From Amphiscolops sp. MND2022 (Eukaryota), in the NCBI GenBank assembly GCA_964187785.1, contig OZ076409.1:31436001-31500000 (forward strand): 64,000 bases of DNA. Direction: 5' to 3'. Both the position numbers and the translations under genes were made by a program. Positions 12,015 to 24,461 of this stretch are shown piece after piece; position 1 is the stretch's first letter, and every line of letters starts with the position of its first letter. Below the pieces are notes generated by a model. It did no database searches and was not told the DNA's origin. It saw nothing but the letters and a program-made list of their open reading frames with translations.

Positions 12015-12656
12015 ATGTCTAAAAACCATACCGGAATTTTCAATCAGTCTTCTTCACAAGGTTTGATTCTTCTACCGCAATTATCATTCAAAGCTGTACG
12101 ACATTTCATAATGCCTCCAAAAATTAATTGCGCTGTATACAGCTACATCAAAAGATCAATATGGGATCTGTCTGAAGACGATGATAAAGCTATGATGACG
12201 GTGCCTCCTAGTAAAATTCGCGCTACTACGACAGATAATGGTTTGAAAGTTGAACTTTTGAAATGTACTCCTTTGGAAAATATGAAAGAAAAAGATGGCA
12301 AACTTGAACAGAGGTTCAGGTACTTGGCTTGCGTTGCAGTTGGCGACAGTAATGGTTCTATAGGAATTGGTGAGAAAATTGCCTCTTCCAGAAAACTAGC
12401 AGAGTCGAGAGCAAAAGAGGAAGCAATGAAAAACTTTTGCCACATCAGAAAAGAGCTTTTTGGATCCGTGGAGGGAAAATGCGGCAAAGTTTCCATTACA
12501 ATCAACCCATCGGCTGCAGGTTCTGGTTGTACCGGATCTATTTTAGCTTTGAAACTTCTCGAACTCCTTGGAATGACCGATTGTGATGTTGTAGGATCAA
12601 ATAACAGTTTGTCTTTTATCAGAGCTTTCAATAAAGCATTGAGAAAAATAAAATGA
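12015..12656 (+). CDS. Divergent intronless ribosomal protein uS5 (40S S2)-like protein; start may be ATG 12111
   Basis: LKVELLK..RFRYLACVAVGDSNGSIGIG, VEGKCGKVSITINPSAAGSG and KLLELLGMTDC align in order with RPS2 [45 protein letters not shown] and KLLMMAGIDDC. AATAAA overlaps the last codons. Confidence 0.85.
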   Translation: MSKNHTGIFNQSSSQGLILLPQLSFKAVRHFIMPPKINCAVYSYIKRSIWDLSEDDDKAMMTVPPSKIRATTTDNGLKVELLKCTPLENMKEKDGKLEQRFRYLACVAVGDSNGSIGIGEKIASSRKLAESRAKEEAMKNFCHIRKELFGSVEGKCGKVSITINPSAAGSGCTGSILALKLLELLGMTDCDVVGSNNSLSFIRAFNKALRKIK

Positions 12657-13004
12657 ATTCGATTTAATATTACCTAAATTTTTTTATTGTAAGGTATAGT
12701 TATAGTGTGAGAACGGTTTGGGTAAGACTGTGGATGTGTGAAAGGTCATCCTTGCGGTGTTTCCGATTCCACGGTTTTTACCCGCTATAGGTTTAGAAAA
12801 TTCTAAGGCTTTTGGAAGGCGGTGAGAGAGAGAAGAACAGAAGAAAGAACACTGCATACAGGTAAGTACATTTCAGTTCATTTCATTTTACTGCTGCATG
12901 CAAGCATATATGCGCGTATGCGATCATAATTTAAGCTGAATGTTTTGCTGTTTTATGCGTTCTTCATTGTTTCCTGGCGGCATATGAGCTCAATATCTGG
13001 AGTT

Positions 13005-13890
13005 TTTACCCCAGATTTTTCCATTCTACGGTTATGGAGCTGCATAAAGGCCTGCGGGGGCGGCAATAAAGCCTAGTATTTCGCTTTTATAGCCAAGCAT
13101 TTTCCATTCTACGGTTATGGGGCCGCACTAAGGCCTCCTGGGGCGGCATTAAAGCCCAGTATTTCTCTTTTATAGCCTAGCTTTTTCCATTCTACGCTTA
13201 TGCGGCCGCAATAAGGCCTCCTGGGGCGGCATTAAAGCCCAGTATTTCGCTTTTATAGCCAAGTATTTTCCATTCTACGCTTATGGGGCCGCAATAAGGC
13301 CTGCGGGGCCGGCATTAAAGCCCAGTATTTCGCTTTTATAGCCACTTTTTTTTCCATTTTACGGCTATAGGGCCGCATTAAGGCCTGCGGGGGCGGCAAT
13401 AAAGCCTAGCATTTTGCGTATTTACCCAAGTTTTTTCCATTCTACGGCTGCGGGGCCGCGATAAGGCCTGCGGGGGCGGCAATAAAGCCTAGTATTTTGC
13501 TTTTCTAGCCACGTTTTTTCCATTTTACGGCTATAGGGCCGCATTAAGGCCTGCGGGGGCGGCAATAAAACCTAGTATTTTGCTTTTTTACCCAGGCTTT
13601 TTCCATTCTACGGCTGCGGGGCCGCGATTAGGCCTGCGTGGGCGGCAATAAAACCTAGTATTTTGCTTTTTTACCCAAGTTTTTCCATTCTACGGCTGTG
13701 GGGCCGCGATTAGGCCTGCGTGGGCGGCAATAAAGCCTTGTATTTTGCTTTTTTACCCAATTTTTTTCCATTCTACGGCAGCGGGGCCGCGATTAGACTT
13801 GCTGGGGCGGCAATAAAGCCTAGTATTTTGTTTTTTGAATCATTTATGGACTTTTTTTTCAACTGAAAGCTTTTATTCTACGGCTTTTGG
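13005..13890 (+). repeat. Tandem array A, 83-bp GC-rich unit, ~10 copies
   Basis: CCATT(C/T)TACG recurs at 13021, 13104, 13187, 13270, 13354, 13437, 13520, 13603, 13685 and 13768. Confidence 0.95.
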
Positions 13891-14041
13891 AGAATCTCCT
13901 ATGCTATTAGACAACGCGTCAGCGAATAAAATGAGAGCAAAACAACACTGAATTCACAGTTACTGAAGCACTTGTAACCACTTATAGTTTACTCAACAGG
14001 TCCCTGAGAACAATACAAAAACAATAACTTTAGCACAAAGA

Positions 14042-17000
14042 CTAGCTAGTAGCATATGAAGTAACATGAAGTCCTATTCGCTGTCGCTCACAATCTCCAT
14101 CCGTCTCCTTTTCGCTTTTTATCCGGTTCACAAATTCATCGTCGCTGAACCAATTGTCAAAATCGATTAGGTATTTCAAGTCTTCGATGGCGTTTGCCTC
14201 ATCTTCCGTTAGTGTCTCAACAATCACGCAGTCATTTGGGTCCGATTCATCCTCTTCTTCTCCTTCGAGCTGGCCATCTGCATCGGAAACTTCTAACGCC
14301 TCGTCGTCGATGATTGGGTTTCTGGGAGGGCTCTGCTGTTCTCGAGTTTCGTCCAAGTTTGTTTCGCCTTCCAGCTCGGAATCACTGTACCCTCTTTGAT
14401 GCATCCCCGGATCAGGTGGTCAACATGCTTCCATCAATTCTTGAGTGAGTGAGATTGACTCATCTTCAGGTAGTCGCAATGGTGACGGAAGACGGGCATT
14501 TCCCGGCATCGGTGCCTCATCTGGAAAGACTTGGGAGATTGTGTTTTGGGGATCGATACCGTTTAGTTCATCCCAAGTGGGACTTGTTGGCATTTCTTCG
14601 TCTTCATATCCCCATTCTGGTTCATCCAAAATGTCTTGCTCAACATGAACATCCCTGATCATGTAGTGACCATGGGGTAAGGTTGAGATGCCGTCTTCTA
14701 ATACATAGCGTTTATCATCAAAGGAGCTCAGCGACAGCTTGTTGGTCTTGATAGTTTGCAATTGATGTCGGGTTGATCCGATCCGCGTGTTTAAAGTCTT
14801 GAAAGAATCACCCGTCTGCAGAATTGTTTTGAAAAGCTCATGTGTTAGCTTTCGTTGAACGAATCTGGTGACGCCCTTCGCTGATAACTTTTGCTTCCCG
14901 CCTGCCAAGATGGAATACATTTTTGGCTTGAGGCCTACAAATTCTTCGATGGGTGCTCCTCCTAGCTCATCTTTGAACTTGAGTGTTACCATTTTGTTGT
15001 CGGCGTTATTGAGTTTATGATCTGTGGGGTAATTTGACAAGTCAAAATATTGACGCAACTCTGCGTTTATGGCAAGCTCTCCATAGAAATCTGTGTGTTT
15101 CACTTCGTATAGCAGTGAGTCTGTGTCCGAGTACAACACAAAGCAATTGAGATGTTTCTTCATCACATTGTATTGGAAATCAAACATGATGTATTTTGCC
15201 AAGTCTAGTACAGCAGCCCCAACTATTGTGGGTTTGTTCCACGTGATGGATCTTTTTCTTGAAGATATAGCTGCTAGATTCTCGTGGAAAATCTTGAATT
15301 CATGAAAAAAGGGTGTCTGTCCTCCTCAGTTAGAGCTTCGCTGTTGGCGATAAGGTGTACACTCACGAGGTTCCGTTTACTTTCCTGAGTTTTACCGTAG
15401 CAAGAATTGTTCATGAGTTTGAAAAAACTCTCTTCGAACTTGTTTCGAGATTCTTTTCTCTTTGCGATATTTAGCTCCATATATGGTTTCAACCATTTTG
15501 TTTGTTTGAACTTCAACACTCGATGTACTTTCATCACTTCCATGCCAAGGCTAACGTAGAGCTTCAGTGTTATATAATGGACAGTATAGTTCTTTTTGTC
15601 AGACAGTGATTGAATCAACTTGTTATCTTGACTAAAAGGTCTAGTTTCACCCATCTTTTCCAACAACTCTTGTTGACTTTCTCCCAGACTTTTGTAGTAT
15701 ATTCTCTCTTTTGTTGGAGCCAGTGGAAAATCTTCATGTCCATCATGAAGCTTATCGGGGTAATGAAGGTCCACTTCTAGAATGTATCCTTCTTCAGAGT
15801 CGTTAGATGTTTCCAATATTTTGCTCAGGGTAATGTTTTGAACTGTTTCAAAGCTGTTCAATGGCAGTGGTAGTTTTTCCATGACACCGCCATACAAGTT
15901 GTTTGCGTCGAGTAATACACCATATGTGTCATCTTCTCCGTTGTTGTGGTCATCTAGGTATCTGTTGTTTGCCTTGAAAAGTCTCTTGTCAAACACTGAA
16001 GATACACCTCCTCTAATCATATTTTTAACCATTTCCAGGTGGGAGCGATCAGTTAAAAGTTCAATGTCTGCCCGACATATTTTCAAGAAAGCATCGCCAG
16101 ATAAGTGGGAGCAAGTAAAGTAGTGTGCACTGTCCAAGCCATAGGTCTTATAACATAGGCTACAAAATTCTTCAACCACGCATGCCAAGAGTAGAGTGTC
16201 AGTTAAAAGGTACAAATTGTGGTAATCACCCAAGTTTTCGCATTGGAACTGCTCGTAAACCTTTTCTGCGTGTTGCCATTGATCCTCAGTAACCATAATT
16301 TCTCCATTACGCAGCCAATCTTTCCATTGTTCTCTCGGTGGTAGCTTTTCTTGAAACTTTTCAAAGTTGTCAAAGTAGGAGTATGGATAATAGCCCTTTT
16401 GATGTAAGAGGTTTCGTTCTTCTTTAGAATAATCATGAAATACTTTGTCAAGTATTTCAAACTTATCTTCCGGCAAGTATGAAACTACTTTTTCTAGCGA
16501 AGCACCCATGAATCGGTATGATTGTATAAATCGCAGATACTCGAATACTGTCTTTGTCACCCCATTTTTATCTTGGTATGTTCTAACAGGCACTCCGATT
16601 GACAATGTTATGTATTTTTCATCTGTTGACGGTATTACATCAAGTTTCCAACCTGGTTTGAACTTGTGGATATACATACAAACATGATGCAAGTCATAGT
16701 TTGACGAGTTGTGAGCTATGACTGGAATGCAGTTTGTGGTTTTCCTGTTGATATTACATTCTGGGTGTGCGAAACCGAGAAACTTCCCGAGTAGTGACAA
16801 TGGTCGATAACTTTGTCGTCTTCTATGTCTCTGTTCAACCCAAACTGACCTTCGCAGATCCAACAAAATTGTGCTTCTTGAGGTCTTTCTGGTAGTGCAT
16901 CAGAAAAGTAACGATGGTTTTGCTTTCTTGTATTCATTTCCTGAGCAATTTTCTCAAGTGCTTCAATGAATTTCTCCATGCAGTTTTCAGAACGTTCAAG

Positions 17001-18447
17001 CTGCATGAAAATTGGTGTAGGGTTACCATGTTCAATACCAACAAAGCAGAAGCCGCTTGGTTGGTGTAGTTCAGTGATGCTTGTTGATTCGTTTTCTTTT
17101 TGGCAGCCGACTAGTGGTTGAAGGATTGATTCGAGATCAAAGTAGATAACCACTGGGGCAACCCATTTCGCACCCAAGTGTTTGATTTTCAACCGGTTTT
17201 TTTTCTGGCTGAGGCATTTTCACAACAGCGGGCTCGGTGATGCAAACAACTAATTTGGTGACGTTTGTAAACGTTTTCATCAGTGCAGATGTGAAAACAA
17301 TTTCGGCAGAGTACTCTCTGAAACAACGATGTTGTTCCTTTGATCAAGTTGACGAGTCTCGAAAGGTCCAGTATCAAAACGTAGTGATAATCCTGTCCAT
17401 CGTCCACTAACAATAACTCAACATTGAAAGTGCTGTCTTCACGGGAAACTCAGTGGAACTAGTTCGTTTTCAGTATAACGGAAAACGTTAACGTTGCACT
17501 TGTTCAATTTCTCAAATCGTAACATTTGTCCAAAACCCATGGGCATTTCATAGTCACCCACTGCTTGATGAGCTAATTGATTTCGTGGGGAATACGTTTC
17601 AGGGCTCGTTCGTCTCCCAATTGAATCCCGGCTAGCCACATAGAGTAGAGGTCCATGTTTCAGGTGCCACACAGCTGTAAAGCAGTACAAAAAGCAATTG
17701 TGATCTTGTCGGTTGCGAATGTTGAGCGGTTAATGCGGTGCCTCCAGTTCTGGTGGAGTAGGAAGGTAGGAGGATCCCCGAATTGGATTGAAGGTGGCAA
17801 ATTTAATGTCTAGCTCAAATTTTTTATCCAGTATCCACCCACTTCCGGAAGCAGTGAAGTGTTGATCATTTTGTCCACTGCTGCCAGGAAATCGTTTTGC
17901 GGCGGGGTATTGCCGTAAACAGGTACCATGTGTGATCGAAGAAAAAGTTCAGTTTCTTCTCCATTTGTCGGCTTTGAAAGCTCTGTTCTCAAAACGAGTT
18001 GCATTTTCTGACTTGTGCGGTTCACATTTTCGCTAACCAGTTGATTAATTTGTCGTTTGACATCAGTCATGAACTGCAGCAAGTCGTTTTCTCCTGATCC
18101 AATAAATTTGAATACTTTGAGAGCCCCATTGAAAGCGGATGAGATTGGTTTCGTTTTCTCCTTGATAGAATCGATAGGTGGTGGTAGTCCATGTTTCTCT
18201 AACAAGTATTTGAAGAATTTTTGGGCGTCATCGAATCCTACTCCACAATAGACGCAAATTTTTTCCAGCTGGGTTCCGTGTTTTGCGCGGAATTGTTGAT
18301 CAGATAGAGCAACGGATAGTTCCATCTTGTGACAAACTTCGCATTCCATGGGAAAGAGATTAGCAGGGATTTTGTGAACATTCCGTCGATGTTGACGAAG
18401 ATTGTTTTTGTTGGGAAATGTTTTCTGACACCTGTCGCGATTCTCAT
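14042..18447 (-). pseudogene. Protein-primed DNA polymerase B (pPolB), frameshifted; N-terminal zinc fingers, acidic C-terminal tail
   Basis: YFDLES, DHCHYSG, AHNSSNYD, KGYYPY, DANNLYG, FKLMNNSCYGK, YSDTDS and DDKRY motifs spread over successive frames. Confidence 0.93.
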
Positions 18448-19735
18448 TTTGACTAAAATATTTGATTGAAACTACTATATCAGATGAATTTGTTGCCGAA
18501 ACAAAACCTCGCTATAATAAAAGTAAATTTTTTCTCAAAAAGTCTAGTCAAGTTCACTCTGAAATAGTATTTTCAATCAAATATTGCAGGTGAGATTTGG
18601 TGATTTTCAACAAGATTTGTCTGTAAGGGTAACTGATTTTCAACAAAGTTATAGATTTTTGATTTGTTTTGAAAATTTCATTTTAAAAGTTGAGCTATCT
18701 GGGGGTTATTCGGGTTCGACGACAGACGCAAGCTGACGCACCCCTAATCAGCGGTTAATCTCGTTCAACCGGCAAGACAAATACAAGCTGACGCACCCCT
18801 CTCAGACAATCGGCGGTTGATTTCGTTTGATCCGGCAAGATACCTAAGCGCACTTGTTGAAACACATCCCCTCTAGACACGCTACGCAGTAAAAGTTCCC
18901 CTTAGAAGTGGGCTGTCGTTTAATTTTTCTCAGCACTCGATCGTAAAATTGCAAGCTGTTGCTCGCCGCCGCCGGACTTGTCTGGCCGCAGGCCAAAATC
19001 ATTTGCTTCTTGCCTGATTTTAATGTCAACTGCTGTTCAATTTCGTCTCCTCAACTTCTTTGCTGTTTGCCATTTCACATCAACTGTTCAATTTCGTCTT
19101 CAATTTTTCGCTGTTTGTTCACTCGAGATTATTTTATATCAAAACGCTCTTTGACCTGACCATGATCCCGATTAGATCCTGCCTCCGCATGGACGATGAG
19201 CTCGTCTCGAACTATGGACCTCCGCTAAGAAAGTCAGTCACTTTCAACATCTAGTTGAAATATTTGGAGATGTCGTCACTCTGGAACCGTCCCCCGCAAC
19301 CTCGAAAAGCTGTTCAATCACCTCAAATGGGCGAAATGCAATGTCTTTGCAGCTACCAGTAACCCAACCGCAACGGAAACGACCCGTCAAGCCGCAGCAA
19401 AAGGATATCCGCGTCAGTTTCTCCCCCTTCTACTTAACGATCGAGCCAGATGGCCGGACGTACACATCCGTCACATCTAGAGGAGGAGGATGACTGTTGG
19501 AAACCTGGAGCTATGGATGGCGAGCCTTCATTTAAAATGAACCATCAGAACTTGATTTGTTTTTGATTTTGTTTCTGTTGTTTCATCACTATTTTGACTC
19601 TGTATTTTATTTGATTAGTTGATTTTGTGTTTGTCTTTTAATCTACCTTTTTATCGTTCCCAACTCAATTTAGTCTTGCTTATTTTCTTTTCAAAAAAGT
19701 GGTAAAGAAAAAACATGAATTAGACAAAAACAGCC

Positions 19736-20164
19736 TTAAATGAAGTGTTTTACAAATCGCATTAGTTCTTGTTCACTAATATGAGGAATTATAGGAAAAT
19801 GAGCGCCAAATACATAATGGGCTATATAAATGCAATAAAGTCCACACAAGTTTGAGTTTAAGTTTTGCAGAGGAGCTTGTATAATCTCTGTCACTCCTAA
19901 ATCTGCAAAAGATAGTCGATCACGTACATGAGGATAATTGTTGAGTGCAAGTCCAAGTGGGTCGGCGAAGAAAAACTTGTTGTTTCTGTTGCAAAGCAAA
20001 AGCCAGTGTGTTCCCATTTGCGTAGCTTTGTCTGAATTGACAATGATAAAGTTGTCATTCTTTAAACTGAGAGGGAAATTATCTGCTGCATAGACACCTG
20101 CGAATTTGTACTTCAAGTGTTTACACTTGTTGATGAGAATGCCCAACTGTAGTTCGTCAATCAT
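19736..20164 (-). CDS. Adenain-like cysteine protease (Polinton PRO)
   Basis: FAGVYAAD, IVNSD..GTHW, FADPLG and Q..SNLCGLYC catalytic motifs; ORF intact. Confidence 0.9.
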   Translation of the reverse strand: MIDELQLGILINKCKHLKYKFAGVYAADNFPLSLKNDNFIIVNSDKATQMGTHWLLLCNRNNKFFFADPLGLALNNYPHVRDRLSFADLGVTEIIQAPLQNLNSNLCGLYCIYIAHYVFGAHFPIIPHISEQELMRFVKHFI

Positions 20165-21487
20165 TTTCTTGTTATTGCGGTATCGGGAGCAATGTAGTAG
20201 TTCTTTGAGACTTTTCTGCTGTTATTAATGTATATTGTTGAAGCGGTTTCTCCCAATAAAAGCACTTCTGTAATTTGTGCTAGGGCGGTATCGAAACGCA
20301 AACTGATTGAGATTGATGCACTTGTAAGTTCAGGATGTAAATAATCATGCGATGCTTGATGAGTACTGGTTAGATCGAAAACTAACAGATAACGATTTGC
20401 ATCTTCCTCGAATGAAATTCCATGACCATGCTCGTGAAACGCTAGAGCTCCCATTGAATTCAAATACATCTTTTTGTCGGTGTCCGTCTCTAAGGGTGTT
20501 CCAGCAATTGGATGACTACTACAGTAGACTGTTATGCTGCGCAAACCAATTTTTTGATAGTGGAATGGGTTCGTTGTTTTGGCGCCCACAAAGCCAGCAT
20601 TGGTTGACATGGCAAGTATAAATCGTCGAATTGGTTGACCGCTAAAGACATTTTCTTGATCTCAACTCTGTGAGTTTTGCCCGATAAGAAAAGTCCTGAG
20701 AATGACCTCAGTGTAACGATATCGAGCAGTAGCTTTCGCCAAAGTTGTTTCGATTGCTGAATAGGCATTCTCAGTAAGCGTTATTTTGCGAACGTACAAA
20801 TTAGCTTGAGTTATATTAACTTTATAGTCTTTGCCTGCGTCGTCATAAATCAAGCAAAATTCGGGCCTCGTTCGAAGGAAGGATATTCTCAGCTCAACTC
20901 CTGACAAGATGTTTTTCGCACGAGAAAAAATCAGAGGTAACTCGCCCAATGAAAGTTACAGTGGCTGAAGATCTAGTTTCAGCTTCTCTCTTTGTGAAAG
21001 CTCCCAAGGTGTGCGTACTAGGGTTGGATTCGTAGTTATAACCCTGACATTCCAACCAAGTGTTTTTTACTTCCTTGTTGTGGGAAAATTCAGTTTTAAT
21101 AAAGGCCTTGTGGGCATAAAGTCCATTTGCAGAAGAGACTTTCACTCCTTGAGCCGTTACCGTGCAATCCGAGAATAATGAATGGAGAGTATTGTTGACA
21201 AAAACTGGCGTGTCTTGTTGAGTTGCGTCTCCAGTAACAAAATTTAAATTGGTGTTGTCGGTTTTTCCAATTTTACACTTGACTTCCAAATAAATGTTTT
21301 GTAAATCGATGAAGTTGGTCCGGTCTCCCTTGACTTCAAACTCCAACGTTGGTCCATTTGGAGCATACAGCGGGCCAATTTTCTGCTCCAAAGACCTGTC
21401 AAAGTTGACTAGAAGCTGAGGCCTTTCGAAAATATCGAGTGAAGTGTGCGAGGTTTCGATTGGTAAAGCGTTACTGTTAATCAACAT
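20161..21487 (-). pseudogene. Major capsid protein (double jelly-roll, PY), frameshifted
   Basis: SLDIF, FIDLQNIYLEVK, VNNTLHSLFS, ANLYVRKI, NPFHYQ and LVFDLT motifs in three frames; typical position next to the protease. Confidence 0.85.
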
Positions 21488-21848
21488 TTTTGACTCTAGA
21501 GAAAAAATCTGACCGACTTCTTCGTGTGAATTTTTTACGTCGAATGAATCGTTTGCCTCTTCTCCTTCTTTTAGATCCACCCAATTGTTTCTTTACAGTT
21601 TTGCGGACCGCTGATCGAACCGCTTGTTTTGGTGTCTTCTTTTTTGATGCCACGTCAAGCAACTCGGGCATGCTTTGTGATAAGAATTCTTTACCAATTG
21701 ACTTGACAGCGGGAAGCAAAAACTTTTTGGCAAATGGTAAAGCTACTCGTCCAACACCAGCTGCTAATGACCCGAAACCACTTCCACGTTGTCTTGCAGG
21801 CCCTGAGAAATGGGGTAGTTGTGCCTGTTGGGCGTAGTATTGTTCCAT
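21477..21848 (-). CDS. Basic core-like Polinton protein
   Basis: YYAQQA..FSG..RQRGSGFGSL motif typical of Maverick small basic proteins; R/K-rich C-terminus. Confidence 0.7.
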   Translation of the reverse strand: MEQYYAQQAQLPHFSGPARQRGSGFGSLAAGVGRVALPFAKKFLLPAVKSIGKEFLSQSMPELLDVASKKKTPKQAVRSAVRKTVKKQLGGSKRRRRGKRFIRRKKFTRRSRSDFFSRVKNVD

Positions 21849-22655
21849 TTATTGAAATTTCCGAAATTTGAGTGTGAGAGCTACTAGACCGGTACCAACG
21901 AAAGGAACTTTCTGTCCAGTAATGGACATCAACTCAACTTGAATTTCTTCAATTGTACTAGTAATGAGCTTCTTGAACTGTAGCTCAGTGAAAACTTTAT
22001 TGGCTGTTGTTGAAGTGTCTAAAAGTTTCCCGTCTTGAACTTGTTTAGTGTTTTCGATATTTCGCAAAAGAGGCGACTTTACTCCAGCAACATGTTGATG
22101 TTCATTGATGTTGGTGTTGACGAAAAACATGTTGATTCCCACTGTGAGATCTGGCGGAAAGTGTTTTTGATTGGTTGTTGCATATTTGCGACTTTGTAGT
22201 TCGTTCCTATGTAATAGCCTCCTCGATTTGTATCTGGCAACCCCTGGATACCCAAAACATCAAAGAGGCTTCGATCCCTGACACTTATTCACTGAGTTTA
22301 ATGGCTTTTTGGTTTCAGTTGCCTTGTCTAGTTGCTCCAGAATGCTGCTGATTGTCTGATACTCTCCAGCTTCAAATTTAGCATTATCTGACTAATCCTC
22401 TCGTTTGATAACTGCACCGCCTTCACTACTCGGGTCAGGAGTGTTGTCATGTGGCGTTTTGGGTGTGTAAATGAAAAAGTCAGTTGTAGTTCTCTTTTTG
22501 ATGCTGGTGGAGAAAATGATTTCGGCAAGCGCTACCCGCCAGTCGCCTTCCAAGTGAATTGGGTGCGCCAAGAGGTTACGAAACGCTGCCATTTTTTTGC
22601 CACTGTATATATTCATGGAACCTGCTGATTCCAGGTAAATGTCAAATTCGTCCAT
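21849..22655 (-). pseudogene. Minor capsid (penton-like, PX), frameshifted
   Basis: N-terminal F.IYLES..SM..Y..FRN.L..PI.LEGDWRVALAEI and C-terminal Q.VAG.KSPLLR..I.VEL..G..VPF..LTLKFR. Confidence 0.75.
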
Positions 22656-23582
22656 TGACCTTCACAAGTTCGGGTTCGTAAAATTTTCCGTTGATTGTAT
22701 CACCACTCTCGTCTCTCAAGTTGTATGTTGGAGGGTTGAAAGTGGAAATTTTGACTATTGTAAATATTTCGTCCGTGAAACTTGTTTATATCCCTTTTTG
22801 AAGGGTAAATCTTGTTTGGCTATCCGAACTTTATCACGGAGATTAAACTTTGAACTTTGGCTTTTTGACAAATTTGCTCGACTGCTCTGCAGCTAGAGAT
22901 CGTAAATGTGGCTCGTGCTTCTTTGTAACTTTGTTTGGGGCCAACTTTGTTACACGATTGACGCGTGAGTTGATTGTGCTGTCAAATTGAGATAGCTTGC
23001 TGATGTAATGATATGTCCATTTGTTTTCCATGTGTTTGTACATGATATTTTTGAGTGAACGAATGTTTCTCTCTGCAAAAGCTGACTGTTTCGCTGGCAG
23101 TTGTGTATATTGCTATTCCTCTCTTATCGCAAGGATTTTTGAATGCTCCTTTGAATTCGGGTCCCTTGCAACTTTCTGCGGTTGCACTTTCTCAATCATC
23201 TTTTCGAATGCTTTAGCAGCGTCAGGAGCACTTTTTGATCGCATTGGTACAACACGTAAAAATCTTGATAACACGTCTACTGCAACCAGCAAATACTTGA
23301 CTCCATTGTTGTATTTTGCCAACTCGTCCACATAGGCAACATCTATTGACCAAATTTCGTTAATTTCGTAAGCAATAACTTTAGGGCGAGGGAATTTACG
23401 TTGAATTTGTCTGTATTTTGCATGGGCATCTTTTTGTTGCCAAAAAGTGTCAATTTTTGCTTTGGCATTTTGCTGGTCGCTTGCAAATTTCTCGCGCTCT
23501 CGTAAACAGCATGTCCACTCGTGTACATTTTTTCCAATTTTGCTTGTTCAGTAGTTGAAAGTTTCCCAATCCTTCGAGCCAT
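22642..23582 (-). pseudogene. Retroviral-like (rve) integrase, frameshifted
   Basis: KYLLVAVDVLSRF..PMRSKS, AERNIRSLK, INSRVNRVTKLAP and KPKF..GDKVRI motifs. Confidence 0.88.
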
Positions 23583-24202
23583 CTTCTTGACTTTCAAAAC
23601 TTCGGCCAGATTGCTGGTCATCTTTCTTGCGGGGTCTCTTTGGTGTCTTTCCGCTGCTTTTTGTTTTTGGTGTTGTGACAAACTTGATCTTGACAACTTT
23701 TGGTTTCACAATCTCTTTAGCTTCCGAGTTTGGTACTAGATCTGGTGAAATTTTAATTTTGTCCAAAATCCGTTTGTAATCTGGGTGATAGTTTCTTGGT
23801 GGGTTGCTGCAACGTGAAAAGGAAGTTTGACGCATCAATGGCTGTGGGAGTATTGTTAATCTCTATAAGACCTTCGTCGTTTATCGGAACGTCAGAACTA
23901 CTTTGCAATTCTTTCAAAATGGACTTGGACTTTTCAGTTTGATTGGGATTGAGCATAGTGATTGAGCGAAATACCCTTTTCTGGATATCTTCTCGTGTCT
24001 CTGGGTCTTTCACTTCTTGAGACGTTTTTTCCTGCTCGGGCTCCTTTTTTTCGGGAACTCGTTGTAATAACGTAAGTTGTTGACTTTTTTCTGTAATTGT
24101 TGGATCGTCCAGAATTTCGGACGCTTTTGGTTGATTCTTGATGTAATTTTCTTTTGGTATTAGTATAAATTCTTGAGCACTCATTCTGCTGATAAATAGC
24201 AA
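23548..24202 (-). pseudogene. Polinton hypothetical protein (two overlapping ORF pieces)
   Basis: ORFs 23753-24202 and 23548-23838 lie in gene-dense Polinton context and probably form one frameshifted gene. Confidence 0.5.
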
Positions 24203-24450
24203 ATGCAGGGACGACTGATCAGCTTGAATAGTTTATAACCTTTGATGGATGACAAAATTTGTCGTCGTCTGCGGTCAGATGTTTTCCGTTGACATAAAAT
24301 TTTCAATTGTTGCTCGAATGGCATCAGTTTGTTGACATTCATTGGTATGTTTCCATTGATGATATTCAAGGCACACTCACAGAGAAATTTGATTTGTTCC
24401 TTATCGCAATCATGTAAAACGCGAGAAATGCCTTTCCTCTTTTTGTTTTC
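24181..24450 (-). CDS. Small conserved Maverick protein (LCECALNIINGNIP motif)
   Basis: Motif commonly seen downstream of the ATPase in Mavericks; start uncertain. Confidence 0.55.
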   Translation of the reverse strand, partial: ENKKRKGISRVLHDCDKEQIKFLCECALNIINGNIPMNVNKLMPFEQQLKILCQRKTSDRRRRQILSSIKGYKLFKLISRPCICYLSAE

Positions 24451-24461
24451 TTGCCAGTGCT

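Noticed and set aside
12143..12631. 162-aa antisense ORF
   Set aside because: Shadow of the uS5-like ORF, with no motifs of its own.
12688..12900. Possible solo LTR starting TGTAAGG
   Set aside because: No second copy, TSD or primer-binding site could be identified.
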